Shown piece after piece: positions 52,584-64,000 of a stretch of 64,000 bases of DNA. The notes below the pieces were generated by a model. It was not told where the DNA came from. It made no database searches and saw nothing but the letters and a program-made list of their open reading frames with translations. Source of the stretch: Camelus dromedarius (taxonomy: Eukaryota); assembly GCF_036321535.1 (NCBI RefSeq), contig NC_087472.1, positions 90,956,001-91,020,000 of the forward strand. The letters are read 5' to 3'. The position numbers and the translations under genes are program-made. Numbering within the stretch: position 1 is the first letter of the stretch; each line of letters starts with the position of its first letter.

Positions 52584-53389
52584 CAATGGAATATTACTCA
52601 GCCATGAGAAAAAAGGAAATTCTATTTGCAACAACATGGACAGAACTTGAGAGCATTATGCTAAGTGAAATAGGTCAGAGAAAGACAAATACTGTAAGAT
52701 TTCACTTGTATGTGAAATTTTAAAAAGTTGGACTCTTAAAAGCAGACAGAAGAATGGTGGTTGCCAGAGGCTGGTGGGTGGAGGAAATGGGGAGGTATCA
52801 GTGAAAGGGCATAAACTTCCAGTTATAAAATGAGTAAGTTCTAAGGATCTAATACTCAGCATGGTGACTATAGTTAACAATACTGTAGTATATACTTGAA
52901 AATTGCTAAGAGAGTAAATCTTAAATGTTCTCACCACAGAAAAGAAATGGTAATTAGGTGGAGTGAACTAACCATACTGTGGTAATCACTTCACAATATG
53001 TAAGTCTATCGAGTCATCACGTGGTTCACCTACAACTTCCACAATGCTACATGTCAATCATATCTCAATAAAGCTGGGGGGAAAGACTTAAAAATCAAAC
53101 ATGAGTAAAAGCTCAAATGATTATAGAGATGCTGGCTCCAAAGTTCTTGAGCTGCTGGATCGACGCCAGCAGCCATCTACATTCTGACTTCGTAATGAGA
53201 GAAAAATTAGCCCCATTTTTATTTAAGCTGCTGTAAGACAGGTTTTATGCTACTTGCAGTTTATAGTACTCCTGACGGACTCCGCTTTCCCCAGGAGAAC
53301 CACAGCTCTTGTTTAGCTGCTCACCTGGAGAGGAGTCGGGAACACCGATTTGAAAACGCCATAAGTGGTCAGGGAAAAGTTCTGGAAGT

Positions 53390-53408
53390 CAGCGACTAGA
53401 GGGCTCTT
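53390..53408 (+). promoter_or_regulatory. Candidate CTCF site
   Basis: CAGCGACTAGAGGGCTCTT; two mismatches to the core CCASYAGRKGGCRS, with the central ACTAGAGGGC intact. Confidence 0.4.
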
Positions 53409-53639
53409 TGTTCTACATGCATTTAAGATTAGCAGTCAGGGAGGGAGGAAGGAAGGGACAGGGGTGTTTCAGACAAAAGTTTAGGACTCAGCTCTAAAGA
53501 CTGTGAGACTTGCAACCCCCAGTTTATCTCAAATCTCTAACGCAGCGCTAGATTGTTTACTCAGTGCAAAAGAGAGTGAAGGAAAAGAGACGTGAGGGAG
53601 GTAAGTTTAAGGGGATGTGGAATTTACCTGCAGATGAGC

Positions 53640-53960
53640 ATTTACTCTCTCGTTGAGTGGCCTGACTGGCGTGGGTGCCCACTGGAGTTGAGGTGATGAG
53701 GGGGGATGCCGTGACGGAGGGTGAGAAACAGGACGGCGAGCGAGCGGTCAGCCAGATACGCAGCTTTCCCATGGCGCCCGAGACCCGGGAAGCGGTCTTG
53801 GTCGCTCACACGTGTGAGGTGCGTCCGCGTGCGCGTGCACATGCACGCCCGCGTGCACGCCACGTTGACGACTGCCTGCACCTGGCACCGTACAGATTCT
53901 TAAAGGGATCTGGGACCCGAAAAGCGGTGCAGACTGCCTCCTGACCTGGTCAACCTGACG
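53640..53960. promoter_or_regulatory. Small CpG-rich patch (orphan CpG-island-like)
   Basis: About 30 CpG dinucleotides in ~320 bp by manual count, in an otherwise CpG-depleted window. Confidence 0.55.
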
Positions 53961-54037
53961 GACTTCAGAAAGCAGGGAAGCAGTCATTTCAGCCGCAAGG
54001 GATGCTGCACAGAAAAAAACAATCAAGGCTCAATTAC

Positions 54038-54179
54038 GGCAGAGGGTGTAGCTTAAGCAGTGGAGCGCATGCTTCGCATACACAAGGTCCTGGGTTCAAT
54101 CCCCAGTTCCTCCTCCAAAAATAAATAAGCCAACTATCCCCACCCCAAAAATAATAATAAATAAAACAAAAAAAATTTA
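54038..54179 (+). mobile_element. tRNA-Ala-derived SINE (Vic-1-like)
   Basis: gagggtgtagcttaagcagtggagcgcatgcttcgcatacacaaggtcctgggttcaatccccag. Perfect TSD aaggctcaatta (54025-54036 / 54180-54191). Confidence 0.9.
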
Positions 54180-55280
54180 AAGGCTCAATTATGAAATCAC
54201 CCACCACCGGTCACAGACTATAACTGTGAACCTTTTGGTGAACATGAAGCTTTGGATTCCTACACCACTATTATACTTGTGTCACTTGAACTTCAGGTTT
54301 GTGTCTGCAGAATGGTAAACATGTTACCAGCTCGTCGTTGTGACTGCTCCTGCGCCCTGTGTTAACCAGAATTGGCAGTGTTTGGGGCTCCTCCTCCATT
54401 TCTATGGTCAATAGAGTGTGGGTTCTATGGTACCAGCGGAGCTCTCACATGGACCCAGAGCCACAGGTTGAGAGAAGACCTTAAAGGCAATCTCCTGTTT
54501 TTCAGATGAATAAACTGAGGCCCAGAATTGTTGCAAAGCTTATTTACATGGGGACCAACAATATGCCTCTCTGCAGTGCCATGCGGATATCCCATTCCAC
54601 CTCTCCTGGCAGGAAAGGATCCCCGTTCCGTGTTTTCTAAAAGGCCGCTTATAGGGTTGCACCACCTCAAGGTTGTAGAAGCTTTGGTCCCATATGGGAC
54701 TGTCAATACTCCACGTCAGTGCAAGTGACCCCTTGGGAGGCAGCAGTGACAAAAATCAGTCAATTAGCTGAAAGGAGGTGGATTGACAGTGCAGTCATTT
54801 GGAAAACCATTTAATTTCACTTGCTGCCAACTTCAGATAAGAAGTATATGCACAATCACCTAAGACAGGAGTACCGCTTAATATTTTTTCCAAGTGTTCA
54901 AATATTACCACTTAGTGGTAATTACCTCTTTGCATATTTGTAACAAAACAAATAAAATGAAATGTATTACTGGGATATTAAGCCACATTTTGTTTTAAGG
55001 GATTTAAGTGAATTTCATATTTCAGTCTGCCAATTATGTTATTTCTCTCCAGCTTCTGAATATAATTAAAACAGTAATGGGTCCGTGATCAAAGCTTATA
55101 ATAATATTTAGATTATTAAAGTACTGAGAAAAAATGATTTTCCACAAAAGACATTTTTACTTAGTTAATTAAATAATTCCCATTTTACACTAGGAGAGAA
55201 AAAGAGAAGTATAAAATAACTCAGAGGTTTCTAACATGAGCAACTCAGAGGATGAATTCACATAATTAGAAATTAATAGT

Positions 55281-55686
55281 TGTGGGAGATTATTTGCAAA
55301 AAAGACTGCAATAATTTCTTCCCTCTCACATTGACTCTTGGCTTGCCTGCATTGCTTGCTTTGGTTAATGGGACAATAGCAAATGTAATATAAGCAAAGA
55401 CTCGAAAAGTCCTTGTGCATTGCTCTTGGGAGCTCTATAATCACAAGCATGTGAATGAGCCCAGGCTAACCTGCTGGATGATGCCGGACACATGGCCAGG
55501 TCATCCCCTTCCTTACCTGGAACAGAGCTAACAACCGGACATGTGAATGACGCAATCTGGGATGAGCCAACCTCAGCTAAGCTAACCAGGACAGCCTGCC
55601 AAACAACGAGAAATTATAAATATTTACCTTTTTTAAAGCTATCTTTTAAGCCACTAAGTTTGGGGTGATTTGTAGCAAGAGCTAAA
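55281..55686 (+). mobile_element. MLT1F-like MaLR LTR
   Basis: cttgctttggttaatgggacaatagcaaatg...catgtgaatgagcccaggctaacctgctggatgatg...ttttaagccactaagtttggggtg. Confidence 0.7.
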
Positions 55687-56059
55687 TGTTTTAAAAGGTA
55701 TCATCTTTAAACATTGCTTTTTTAGAGAAAATGATTTATAGCCCCATTCTTCTGTTCCATTCTCACTAAAAGTTATAGAAAGAGTTGTGTGCCTTCATTG
55801 TCTCTACTTCCTTTCTCATAAATATACTTAAATTCCGTTTGGATTTCTGTGTACTCCAATCTCCAGAACCTACTTCCAGAACACCAAACTACCCTAGCCT
55901 ACCACTCTTGTTCCTTTCAGTCTCCTTTCTGACTCTGCCTCTCCTTCCCAGTTTCTAAAAGATTGAGCTCCTGGGTCTTCTTCTCTATCACACTCTTTCT
56001 CTGCATGACTCATCCTGTCCCATGGCTTTAAATGCCATCTGTACCCTCACAGAACTGCT

Positions 56060-56930
56060 CACCATGAACTGGGTATCATTTTATACACATTACCATAAAA
56101 CTGGATTGCACAGCTGCATTTCATTATAAAATAGAAATGATACATACAAGACTGGACGCAAGCGAGTCCAGGAAAGGCACAAGTAAACTGCTCAGGCGGG
56201 TGGCTAATGCCCCCACAGTACCTGCTCCTCTTGCTTCACCATATTGCCTTTAATCTGCATTTATGGCCTCATAGGACGTTTCCTCTGACCAGATAACAGA
56301 AAACGTAAAAACCTCGGGCCTGATTTACAGAAGGATTTGCATAGCATGCTAGCACCAGCTAGAAGTCAATAGCCACCTACATATGAGTGGCCTTGAAAGA
56401 CATTGGTGAAGGGGAATCCACCCCAGAGGGCCCAACTTCAGGTTATAAATCTAGCTATTCACTTCCTTTAGCAGGAGAGAGAGCTTAAGATAAGGCTCTG
56501 CACTAAGTCAAGGTGATTGTCTAGTGAGTTGGTTGGCTGTTCAGAGCTAATAAGGTTAAAAAACTGATGATAAGGAGGACAGGGGAGAGATATATGAATG
56601 GATTTCTCAGAATGGAAAGGAAGTTTGAAGATATTTATATCCCTATAAATGCCCACCAGAGGTCATTTCTGTCAGAGGTGGGCCCAGTAAATTAGGCAGA
56701 CAAGGTAAGCTGTCCTGTGGATATTTGTCCGTTTCTTTCTCCAGCCACTTTCTTAAGGACTAGGAGTGATTACAGCTTTCAGCTGTTGCTACCTGTAGGG
56801 TTATGCATCATCTTTGTTGGTTTCTGTAAACCCTGATCTAACCAAAAGATGTAGGTGGGCAGGGTATCGGTTATTCCTTAATTATCCAGTTTCAGTGTAC
56901 TGTTTTTTACAGGGACCTTGACAGATATAG
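56060..56930 (+). mobile_element. ERVL internal pol (tether/RNase H) remnant followed by an LTR 3' end
   Basis: Decayed translations resemble ERVL pol: GTSKL, A*FTEG (cf. AWFTDG), LKDIGEGES (cf. LKDSGEGKS) and NAHQR. Confidence 0.65.
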
Positions 56931-56961
56931 AATCCAAATAAACTTTTAAAAATCCTTGCAG

Positions 56962-57090
56962 GGTGTAGGGATATAGCTCAGTGGTAAAGTGCATGATTAG
57001 CATGCACGAGGTCCTGGGTTCACTCACCAGTACCTTTATTTTAAAAAATTATTAAAATTTAAGAAAAAATTTAATTTTAAAAAATAAAAA
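56962..57090 (+). mobile_element. tRNA-Ala-derived SINE (Vic-1-like, short form)
   Basis: gggatatagctcagtggtaaagtgcatgattagcatgcacgaggtcctgggttc. TSD taaaaatccttgcag (56947-56961) / taaaaatcctttcag (57091-57105). Confidence 0.9.
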
Positions 57091-57369
57091 TAAAAATCCT
57101 TTCAGCTACTTCTATCTTGGAGATGTGGGTAAGGTGCAGAAGCTCTCTAAACCTTGAGTTACTCTTTGAAAAATGAAAACCCCTTCTTCAGAGCATTACG
57201 TGAAGTTGAGTATTAAATGCATAGTTCCTGATACATAGTTAAAATTCAGAAAGTAGTGGTGGTTATTATTAGTCTTACTAAACAAAATAAAAGGAAAACT
57301 AAAGTGAAATTTTGCCTCGGTAAGCAGACATGTAATGTACCTTTAAGAAGTACCATCACCAATAAATAG

Positions 57370-57610
57370 TAATAATCACCAATACTTGCTGAATATTTTG
57401 AGTGTCAAGCACTGTTGTAATCACCTAATAGGCCTTATCTCCTTTACTCTTCATTACAAACATATGAGGAAGGCACTATTTTGATCCCCATTTTATGTAT
57501 GAGGTTAAGTTGCCCAAAATGATACTGCTGATATAAGTAGCAGAGCTGGGATTCAAATCCAGTCTGATTCCAGAGTGCAAGCATCAACCACTGCATTATG
57601 CTGCCTTCAC
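57370..57610 (-). mobile_element. MIR SINE
   Basis: ccccattttat...gaggttaagttgcccaa...gtagcagagctgggattcaaatccag. Confidence 0.7.
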
Positions 57611-57632
57611 ACCAGCTCAAAATATTAACACA

Positions 57633-58491
57633 TAATCCACATGGTCTAGCAATTCCACGTCTGGGTATTTATGTGAAGGAGACGAAAACACTAACTCAAA
57701 AAGTTATCTGTAACCCCATGTTCATTGCAGCACTATTTACAATAGCTAAGACATGGAAACAACCTAAGTGCCCATTAATAGATGAACGGATAGAGAAATT
57801 ATGATATATAGAGATACAGATATTAAATATATAAAATGGAATTTTACTAAGTGAAAACACTAACTCAGAAAGTTATCTGTACCCCCATGTTTGTTGCAGC
57901 ATTATTTACATTGTCCAAGACATGGAAATAACCTAAGTGCCCGTTAGTAGATGAATGGATAAAGAAATTGTGATATATAAAGATATAGATATTAAATATA
58001 TAAAATGGAATTTTACTCAGTCATAAAAAAGAAGGAAATCCTACCATCTGTGACAACATGGACGGACCTTGAGGGCATTAATGCTAAGTGAAATAAGTCA
58101 GACAGAGAAAGACAAATACTGTATGATCTCACTTATACATGGAATCTAACACAAAAACAAAAAGGTACACATAGATATAGAGAACAGGAGTAGCGTGGGT
58201 GAAATGGGTAAAAGTGGTCAAAAGGCATAAACTTCCAGTTACAAATAAGTCCTGGGGATGTAATGTACAGTACAGTGACTATAGTTAATAATACTGTATT
58301 GTATTTGAAAGTTGCTAAGAAAGTAGATCTTAAAAAGTTCTCATCACAAAAAACAAAAATTTGTAACCAAGTATGGTGATGGATGTTAACTAGACTTATT
58401 GTGGTGATCATTTCACAATATCTACAAATACTGAATCATGTTGTATACCTGAAACTATTATGTTATACGTCAATTATATCTCAGTGAAAAA
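57633..58491 (+). mobile_element. 5'-truncated L1MA-like element with an internal 169-bp tandem duplication
   Basis: PMFIAALFTIAKTWKQPKCP; 3' end caattatatctcagtgaaaaaaaa. TSD aaaatattaacaca (57619-57632) / aaaatactagcaca (58492-58505). Confidence 0.88.
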
Positions 58492-59119
58492 AAAATACTA
58501 GCACACCAACAAATCCAACAACAAAAGTATATCTACTGTATTGTACCCCGTCTATATGCCTCCTCGGATTTGCTCCACCAACACCTGGCTTCCAGGCTCT
58601 CACCTGCCTCACTTCCTACCACTGCCGGCTCTTGCATCAGTCCTAGGGTGAGGGCTGGGTTTTGGCCTTCTGCAGTGGGAGCCGTGGAGCTCCAGTGCCC
58701 AGAGGCCCCAGCTAAGCAGAAGCACAGAGGCTATGTCTGATTTCTCCCACCCTTCTCAGACTCAGCAGTACTACAGCAGAAAAATGTGCAATGTGGCTTC
58801 CCCAGTAGCCGTTCAGAAAGGCTACCTGACAGGGCCCGGAGTTGCAGATGGTGAACTCTGACCGGGGAGAAATCTGAGACAGGAAGAAACTGGCAGACGC
58901 GTTCCTCTTCCCTCCTCCTTCCCATAGACTGTTTCCAGGAGCAGTGGCTCAGAGCTGCCTGTCTGGCGATAAGTCACATGACCAAGCAGTCAGCTGCATT
59001 TTTCTCTGGAAGGTCTGGCCAGCTTGTTAATACATCACCTTGTATTTGCTTTCCCTGCTTCCTTGCACTGCTTGTCCTTTGCCCTCATTTTTGCTGCCCT
59101 GGGATTGCACTTCTCAGGT

Positions 59120-59218
59120 AGAGTGATAGATTATCCAGGTTTGCCTAGGACTATGGGGACATTGTGTGTGGGACAATCAGTGCGAAAACATGGACAGTCC
59201 CAGGCAAACCCCACCCTC
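59120..59218. mobile_element. MER94/MER81-like hAT MITE fragment
   Basis: Imperfect inverted repeats ggtttgcctaggact ... agtcccaggcaaacc. Confidence 0.5.
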
Positions 59219-59259
59219 AGTAAAGCATTAGAATGTAAGCACTGAATTGGGCTCTGATT

Positions 59260-60040
59260 TCTAAAGAACCCTAGGTAATGCAGTTGGGAGCAGTGGGACC
59301 GAACCATGGGAGTGGGTCATAAGGCTAGATGGGCAAGAAAGTATCACTGGAGCACTCTCCCATGACTTGGAGTTTAACTCCTGGCAGGGACAGCTGGATG
59401 GGTCTTCCCTGAAGCTTGGGCAGACAAGACAATGGCCTACTGCAGAGACGCTGGAACTGCCTGACAGAGCACAAAGAGGTCACAGGTGAGGGAGGGGGAA
59501 TGTAGGAGTGGATTCGTATGTGCAGCTAGAGAACCACCCCACCTGACTTTTCTCTGGGAGAGCCCACAGGACACTTCCTTCATGAAAGGAGTAAGGAGTG
59601 CACTGGTGCAAAGGGCAACACTGTCTTTGAGAAACTCAGTGTGGCTGTCCTCTGTACGGTGACACTGGAGATAGGAGATGCTGCCACAAAATCAGGCTCC
59701 TAGTATCAAAGGGGATGGCGGGAGCAGGCTCCCTGGCCTTCTGGTCTCCCCCAGAGTGCAGCACCAGCATCAGAGCAGTGAACTCAGGGGGTTTACTCAC
59801 CCAGCCCCTCCCTGTGGGATCGCGGGCTGGCTGCATCTCTCCACTGAAGGGCATACCAGTTTTCTTGCCTCCAGATTCACTCTCCCCTCCCCACCCCCAC
59901 CCCCTTAGTCCTGGAAGGCCCTGGATACTAGCCCCAGGGTGTTACACTGTTCCTTTGGGCTTCCCAATACCCCCACTTCACTTTGTAAATCGTCCCTTTC
60001 CTCAGTTTGACTGTACCATCTAATTCCTGCCAGGGCCCCA
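59260..60040 (+). mobile_element. ERVL-related remnant (gag-like segment plus LTR 3' end)
   Basis: cataaggctagatgggcaagaa...gcactctcccatgac and tggcctac...ggaactgcct resemble ERVL gag; the end ttgactgtaccatctaattcctgccagggccc is LTR-like. Confidence 0.45.
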
Positions 60041-60664
60041 TTTATTCTTGGAATATATTTGGAAACTTTTCCCAGAAACCTTGGTTAGGGGAACAGAGTG
60101 GTCAAGGGACAGGGATGGGAGGAAACTTTTCCACTGTATATTTTTGAATTTAGAACTGTGTAAAAGCATTATTTACTAAAAAAAATTCCGCACTCTTGTA
60201 CACTTTCAATAGCAATGTTAAGTCAGCTGGCGAAGGGGAGGCAGAGGGGAGACAATGTGACCATTGATAATATAAACCTTAACAACGTGACACAGTATTT
60301 CCACTTCTAAGAATTTATCCTCAGAAAATAACTGAAGATACAAAAATTCATGTACAAGGAGGACTCATTGCAACTTTTCTTTATATAAGAGAAAGCCTGC
60401 TAACAAAGTGAATGCTCAGCATTTGGATAGGGACATTTGGAGAAAAACAAGACAGACATCTCTATAGCCATTAAAGTTGTGCCTTTTAGAAAAATTTTGA
60501 CGAACACAGGAGAATCTCATGATATAATGTTAGATGACAGAAGTAGAATACAAAAGAGTATGTATAATTCTGTTAAATATATATGTAAATATTATCTCTA
60601 TTTTACCAATAAAGTTACCTAGGTAGAGATTAGTTACTACTTGCATGTGCTCAAGGACAGAGTA

Positions 60665-60960
60665 TTTATGAATCTGGATTTTGAGAGCAATGAGTAACAG
60701 AATACCCAACTTAGAGCATCTTGAACAATATAAACGTTTAATTTTCTCAGCAGGAAATCTGAGGGTAGACAATTCTAGGGTGGGTCCGGTAGCCCAATGA
60801 AGTCATTAAGGACCCATGTTCTTTCTATCATTACAGTTTGTCACCTTCAGTGTGTGAGATTTTTGTCCCCAGGCTTGTCACCTCAGGTCACACAAAATGG
60901 CTGCTGCAGCTCCAAATGTCACATCATCACAGGCAATGATCAAAGCAGGAAGGCCTTAGA
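60665..60960 (-). mobile_element. MaLR (MLT1-type) LTR fragment
   Basis: gagtaacagaatacccaact...cattaaggacccatgttctttctatc...caaaatggctgctgcagctcca. Confidence 0.55.
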
Positions 60961-62089
60961 AGCCAACCAGGTCATATCAGGCTCTTTGTCTGGGCCAGCT
61001 CCTTGGGGGCTCATGATCTAACCCAGGGTTTTTCCAAATATATCTGCATGGCATAATGAGCCATCTTACGAGTCCATTGTTCTTGCTTAAATGACTTGAA
61101 ACACAACCAGAAATAGAGTCAACCTTTTAATGGATTCTCTTCATCTGTAAAATGAGTAGGTTGGACTAGATAATCTCTGAGGTCCCTTCCAGCTCTGCCT
61201 GGCTCTGATTAGGGGAAAGGCTGGCAGAAAACACATGAAATTATTAATTGTGGTTAATTTTGGATGGGCAGATTTCCATTTTCTTCATTATAATTTTCCT
61301 TCTTGTCCAAATTGCCTGCGAATATGTGTTACCTATTTAATGAGAAAATATATTATTTTTAATATCAGAAATGTTCTAAACTATAAAACTGTTTAAAATC
61401 AACTTTACAAATACAGTATGTGTTGTTAATTTTTTAGTCTGTCTGCCAGTAGTTCAGCCCGTTTTTGCAAGACCTATTCCCATACTTTGACCATCCTTGT
61501 GTGGGTGTAAATGTCATCTGTGGTTACAGTTATGGGCCTTTTAGTCAAATAGTAGACATGGGTAATGGTGGATAGTAAGCAAGCAATTTCTTCTTATGTG
61601 AGCTCAGTTACCTTAATAATTGAAATTCCTCCAAGAAAAGCCACGGAGTATGAGAGTAAATTCACAACGCATTTAACTGCCTGCAAGACTTAGTTATGAA
61701 TCACAGGACTGAGAAAGTAATCACATCTAGACTTATTTACATAATACCTAGAACTGCATACTAACCTTTGTATTTTGTTTCTCGTGGAAATTGAGTTGTC
61801 TTTCAATAAATGTCAAAGGTCTTTGAGTCCAATGTACCTCTCAATTCCTTAACATTCGTGAGACACTGACCCGTTAAAAAGGAACAAGCAGGTGAGTTAA
61901 TAAGTTTTCATTGGCCACAAATACTCTCAGCTGATTTTCCTATAGTGACATAATTCATTCATTTTTGAGAAAATGTCTGCCCTATACCCACATCAGAAAT
62001 ACCAGTTTATCAGTCATTCTTGCAACTAAAAATGGTGCTGCCTAAACAAAGCAGTTAATTCAATTTGCAACGCAAACAATGCCACAAGG

Positions 62090-62474
62090 CCTTTTCCTGG
62101 AGACAAGCATCATCCTTTAGTTTACTCCTTAACACCCATTTCATCACCCAGACCATCAAAAAGACGTGTTCAAGGATGAAAATTTAATCAAATTAATGAT
62201 TTTTACTGCATATTCAAGGACATTTTAGTGAAACTGGCTTTTTTTTTTTTACAATTGTGTGATGAAGAATATAATGATTATTAGTACAATTTGGTGTCAG
62301 TGCCTTAATTTGTGATAAGAAATCAGTAGTTTTACCCACCTTTGCTTTTGTACCATCAATGCAATGGCAACACAAAGAAAAATGCAAATAAAGTCTTTGT
62401 ATTATGATGATGTCCTCATGGGCCCCCTGAAAGTATCCTGGGGACTTCCGGAGACCACACTTTGAAAACCACTG
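62090..62474. mobile_element. hAT-Charlie element (MER119/Charlie7-like)
   Basis: cagtagttttacccacctttgcttttgtaccatcaatgc...ccccctgaaag...gaccacactttgaaaaccactg terminus. Confidence 0.6.
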
Positions 62475-64000
62475 CTTTCACCTACAGGCAGGTAAAATTT
62501 ATTTCAAAAAAACAAATAAAACAGGAAAAAAAATCAGGACAAAAATTAATTACGTGTATAAATTAACAGAGTATGAAAAAAGACTCAATCCCTTAAGTAA
62601 AGAAATTCTACATTATCAGTGAGCTATGTAAGTTATGTATTTGTTATTTGAGTAATAACAAATGAAAGGACAATTAAGATTCTTATATGTTTTTCCTAAA
62701 ACTGTTTTTCTTATTATGCAATATTCTGTCATCCTATCAAAATTTCAAGCATACACTATTAGGCTAGTTTGTTACATTTTTCTCCCTGCCCTGTCCCCAC
62801 TCGACCCCAAGAGTTTTTTGAGATCCAGAACTAGATATTATTCATAATAGAAACCAATGCTTGGCACATAGTAGGTGTTCCATAACTGTTTGTTTTAGTG
62901 AATGAAGGTATTTATTAATCAAGAAACAATATGTGATTTTTAAATTAAAACTGTATACAAGCTAGCTGAAATAAGAAACTACTGTATCATTTTCTTCAGA
63001 GGCAGATATATTTAAATAAATCACCTCAACACTTACCTGAACTGAGTTCTTAAAGTATGGCCAATTAAAGGGACTTTTAACCAACATACCTTGTAGCCAC
63101 AAAATTATTTAACCATTCCACTTTTTTCTATGCTTATTTCTGACTCCACTAAATATCAAAAGCAGAAAGTCTGCAATGCAGAAGTGAAGTATGGTGACCT
63201 GGGTATCCAAGTCTAGTTTCAGACTATCAGAATGATTTTTTGCCACCTTATAAGCACTAAGCTGAGTCTAAAACACCCACACATAAGTAAGCATGAATGC
63301 ACACAGGTGCACACACACCACAAAATATGGAGGAGAGGAAACAAAGCATATGAAGAATGCACTAGAAGATAATAGGTGTGTGTGCATGCATATGTGTGTG
63401 TTTGAGGCGTGTAGTATGGTTCTCAGTCGGTAATACCATCTATTCTAGATCTTTCTTTAATTTTCTTCAGCAATTTTAAGAAACGAGAATGGACAATAGA
63501 GGTCATTAGTCCAATCCTACCAATTTACAGATAAGAAAAAGTTGCCCAGTGAGCTGAAGTGTAACCCAGGGGACAATATATAAAAACAAAGGTGTGTTAT
63601 TTTGTTAATGTTTGGGGTTCCCTCCCAGTGTCCCCACCCTCGCACATTTTATACGTGAATGAAGATTCTGAAATTGTGTCTATTATGATCTGAAAAATAA
63701 TAGCATTGATTTTTCTAGATTTGCTTGGATTCGTTGTTAATGTTTGGCTGGGTGTTTATGAATAAAACCATCTCCTTGATCAAATCCCCATTTGCGTAAT
63801 TTTTGAAACCAATCATTTCAGGTTAAGATACAGATATGTAGCTTACATGACTGCAACTTCAAGAAGGTTTCTGAGGCACAGATAGCTGTTAAAAGAGAAA
63901 AGGTATTGTAGTGGAACTTCATCACATATTACTCATTTAAATTAATATGAATTAAACTATAGGCAGAAGAGATTAAACAGAGAAATAACAATCTAAATAT

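Larger units (their letters stand above)
45840..53080 (+). mobile_element. Near-full-length decayed L1 (L1MA-like 3' end): 5' UTR, ORF1 largely deleted, disrupted ORF2, several nested insertions
   Basis: 5' start gatgtcagcaacatggctgaataag; ORF1 start ~47003; endonuclease region from ~47120 (RDKGSHYIMMKRSIHQEDITITNI, IVGDSNTLL); RT region ~48800-49200; 3' end tatctcaataaagctgggggg. Confidence 0.92.

Noticed and set aside
47120..52600. Active L1 ORF2 or a novel reverse-transcriptase system
   Set aside because: Many stops, frameshifts and nested insertions, and ORF1 is deleted.
56962..57035. tRNA-Ala genes (here and at 7495, 8784, 39544, 54038)
   Set aside because: All have A-rich tails, flanking duplications and stem-disrupting changes, so they are SINE copies.
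63290..63410. Hairpin from CA and TG tracts
   Set aside because: Short microsatellite complementarity expected by chance; no miRNA-like stem.

Overview
This is mammalian, repeat-dense, intergenic or deep-intronic DNA. It is most likely from a camelid (alpaca, llama or camel), because it carries five copies of a tRNA-Ala-derived SINE matching the camelid Vic-1 type. I find no intact protein-coding gene. The one clear gene-derived feature is a full-length processed EEF1A1 pseudogene (22270-23996, +) with three frameshifts and a 15-bp target-site duplication (TSD). The rest is L1, L2, MIR, MaLR/ERVL LTRs and hAT DNA transposon remnants, often nested with readable TSDs, most strikingly in a ~7.2-kb L1 (45840-53080) holding at least five later insertions. 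Unique stretches contain two divergent CTCF-like motifs, a small CpG-rich patch and a few minus-strand splice-site candidates. I do not see convincing evidence of a new biological system. Repeat family names come from visual recognition, not a database search, and boundaries without a quoted TSD are approximate.
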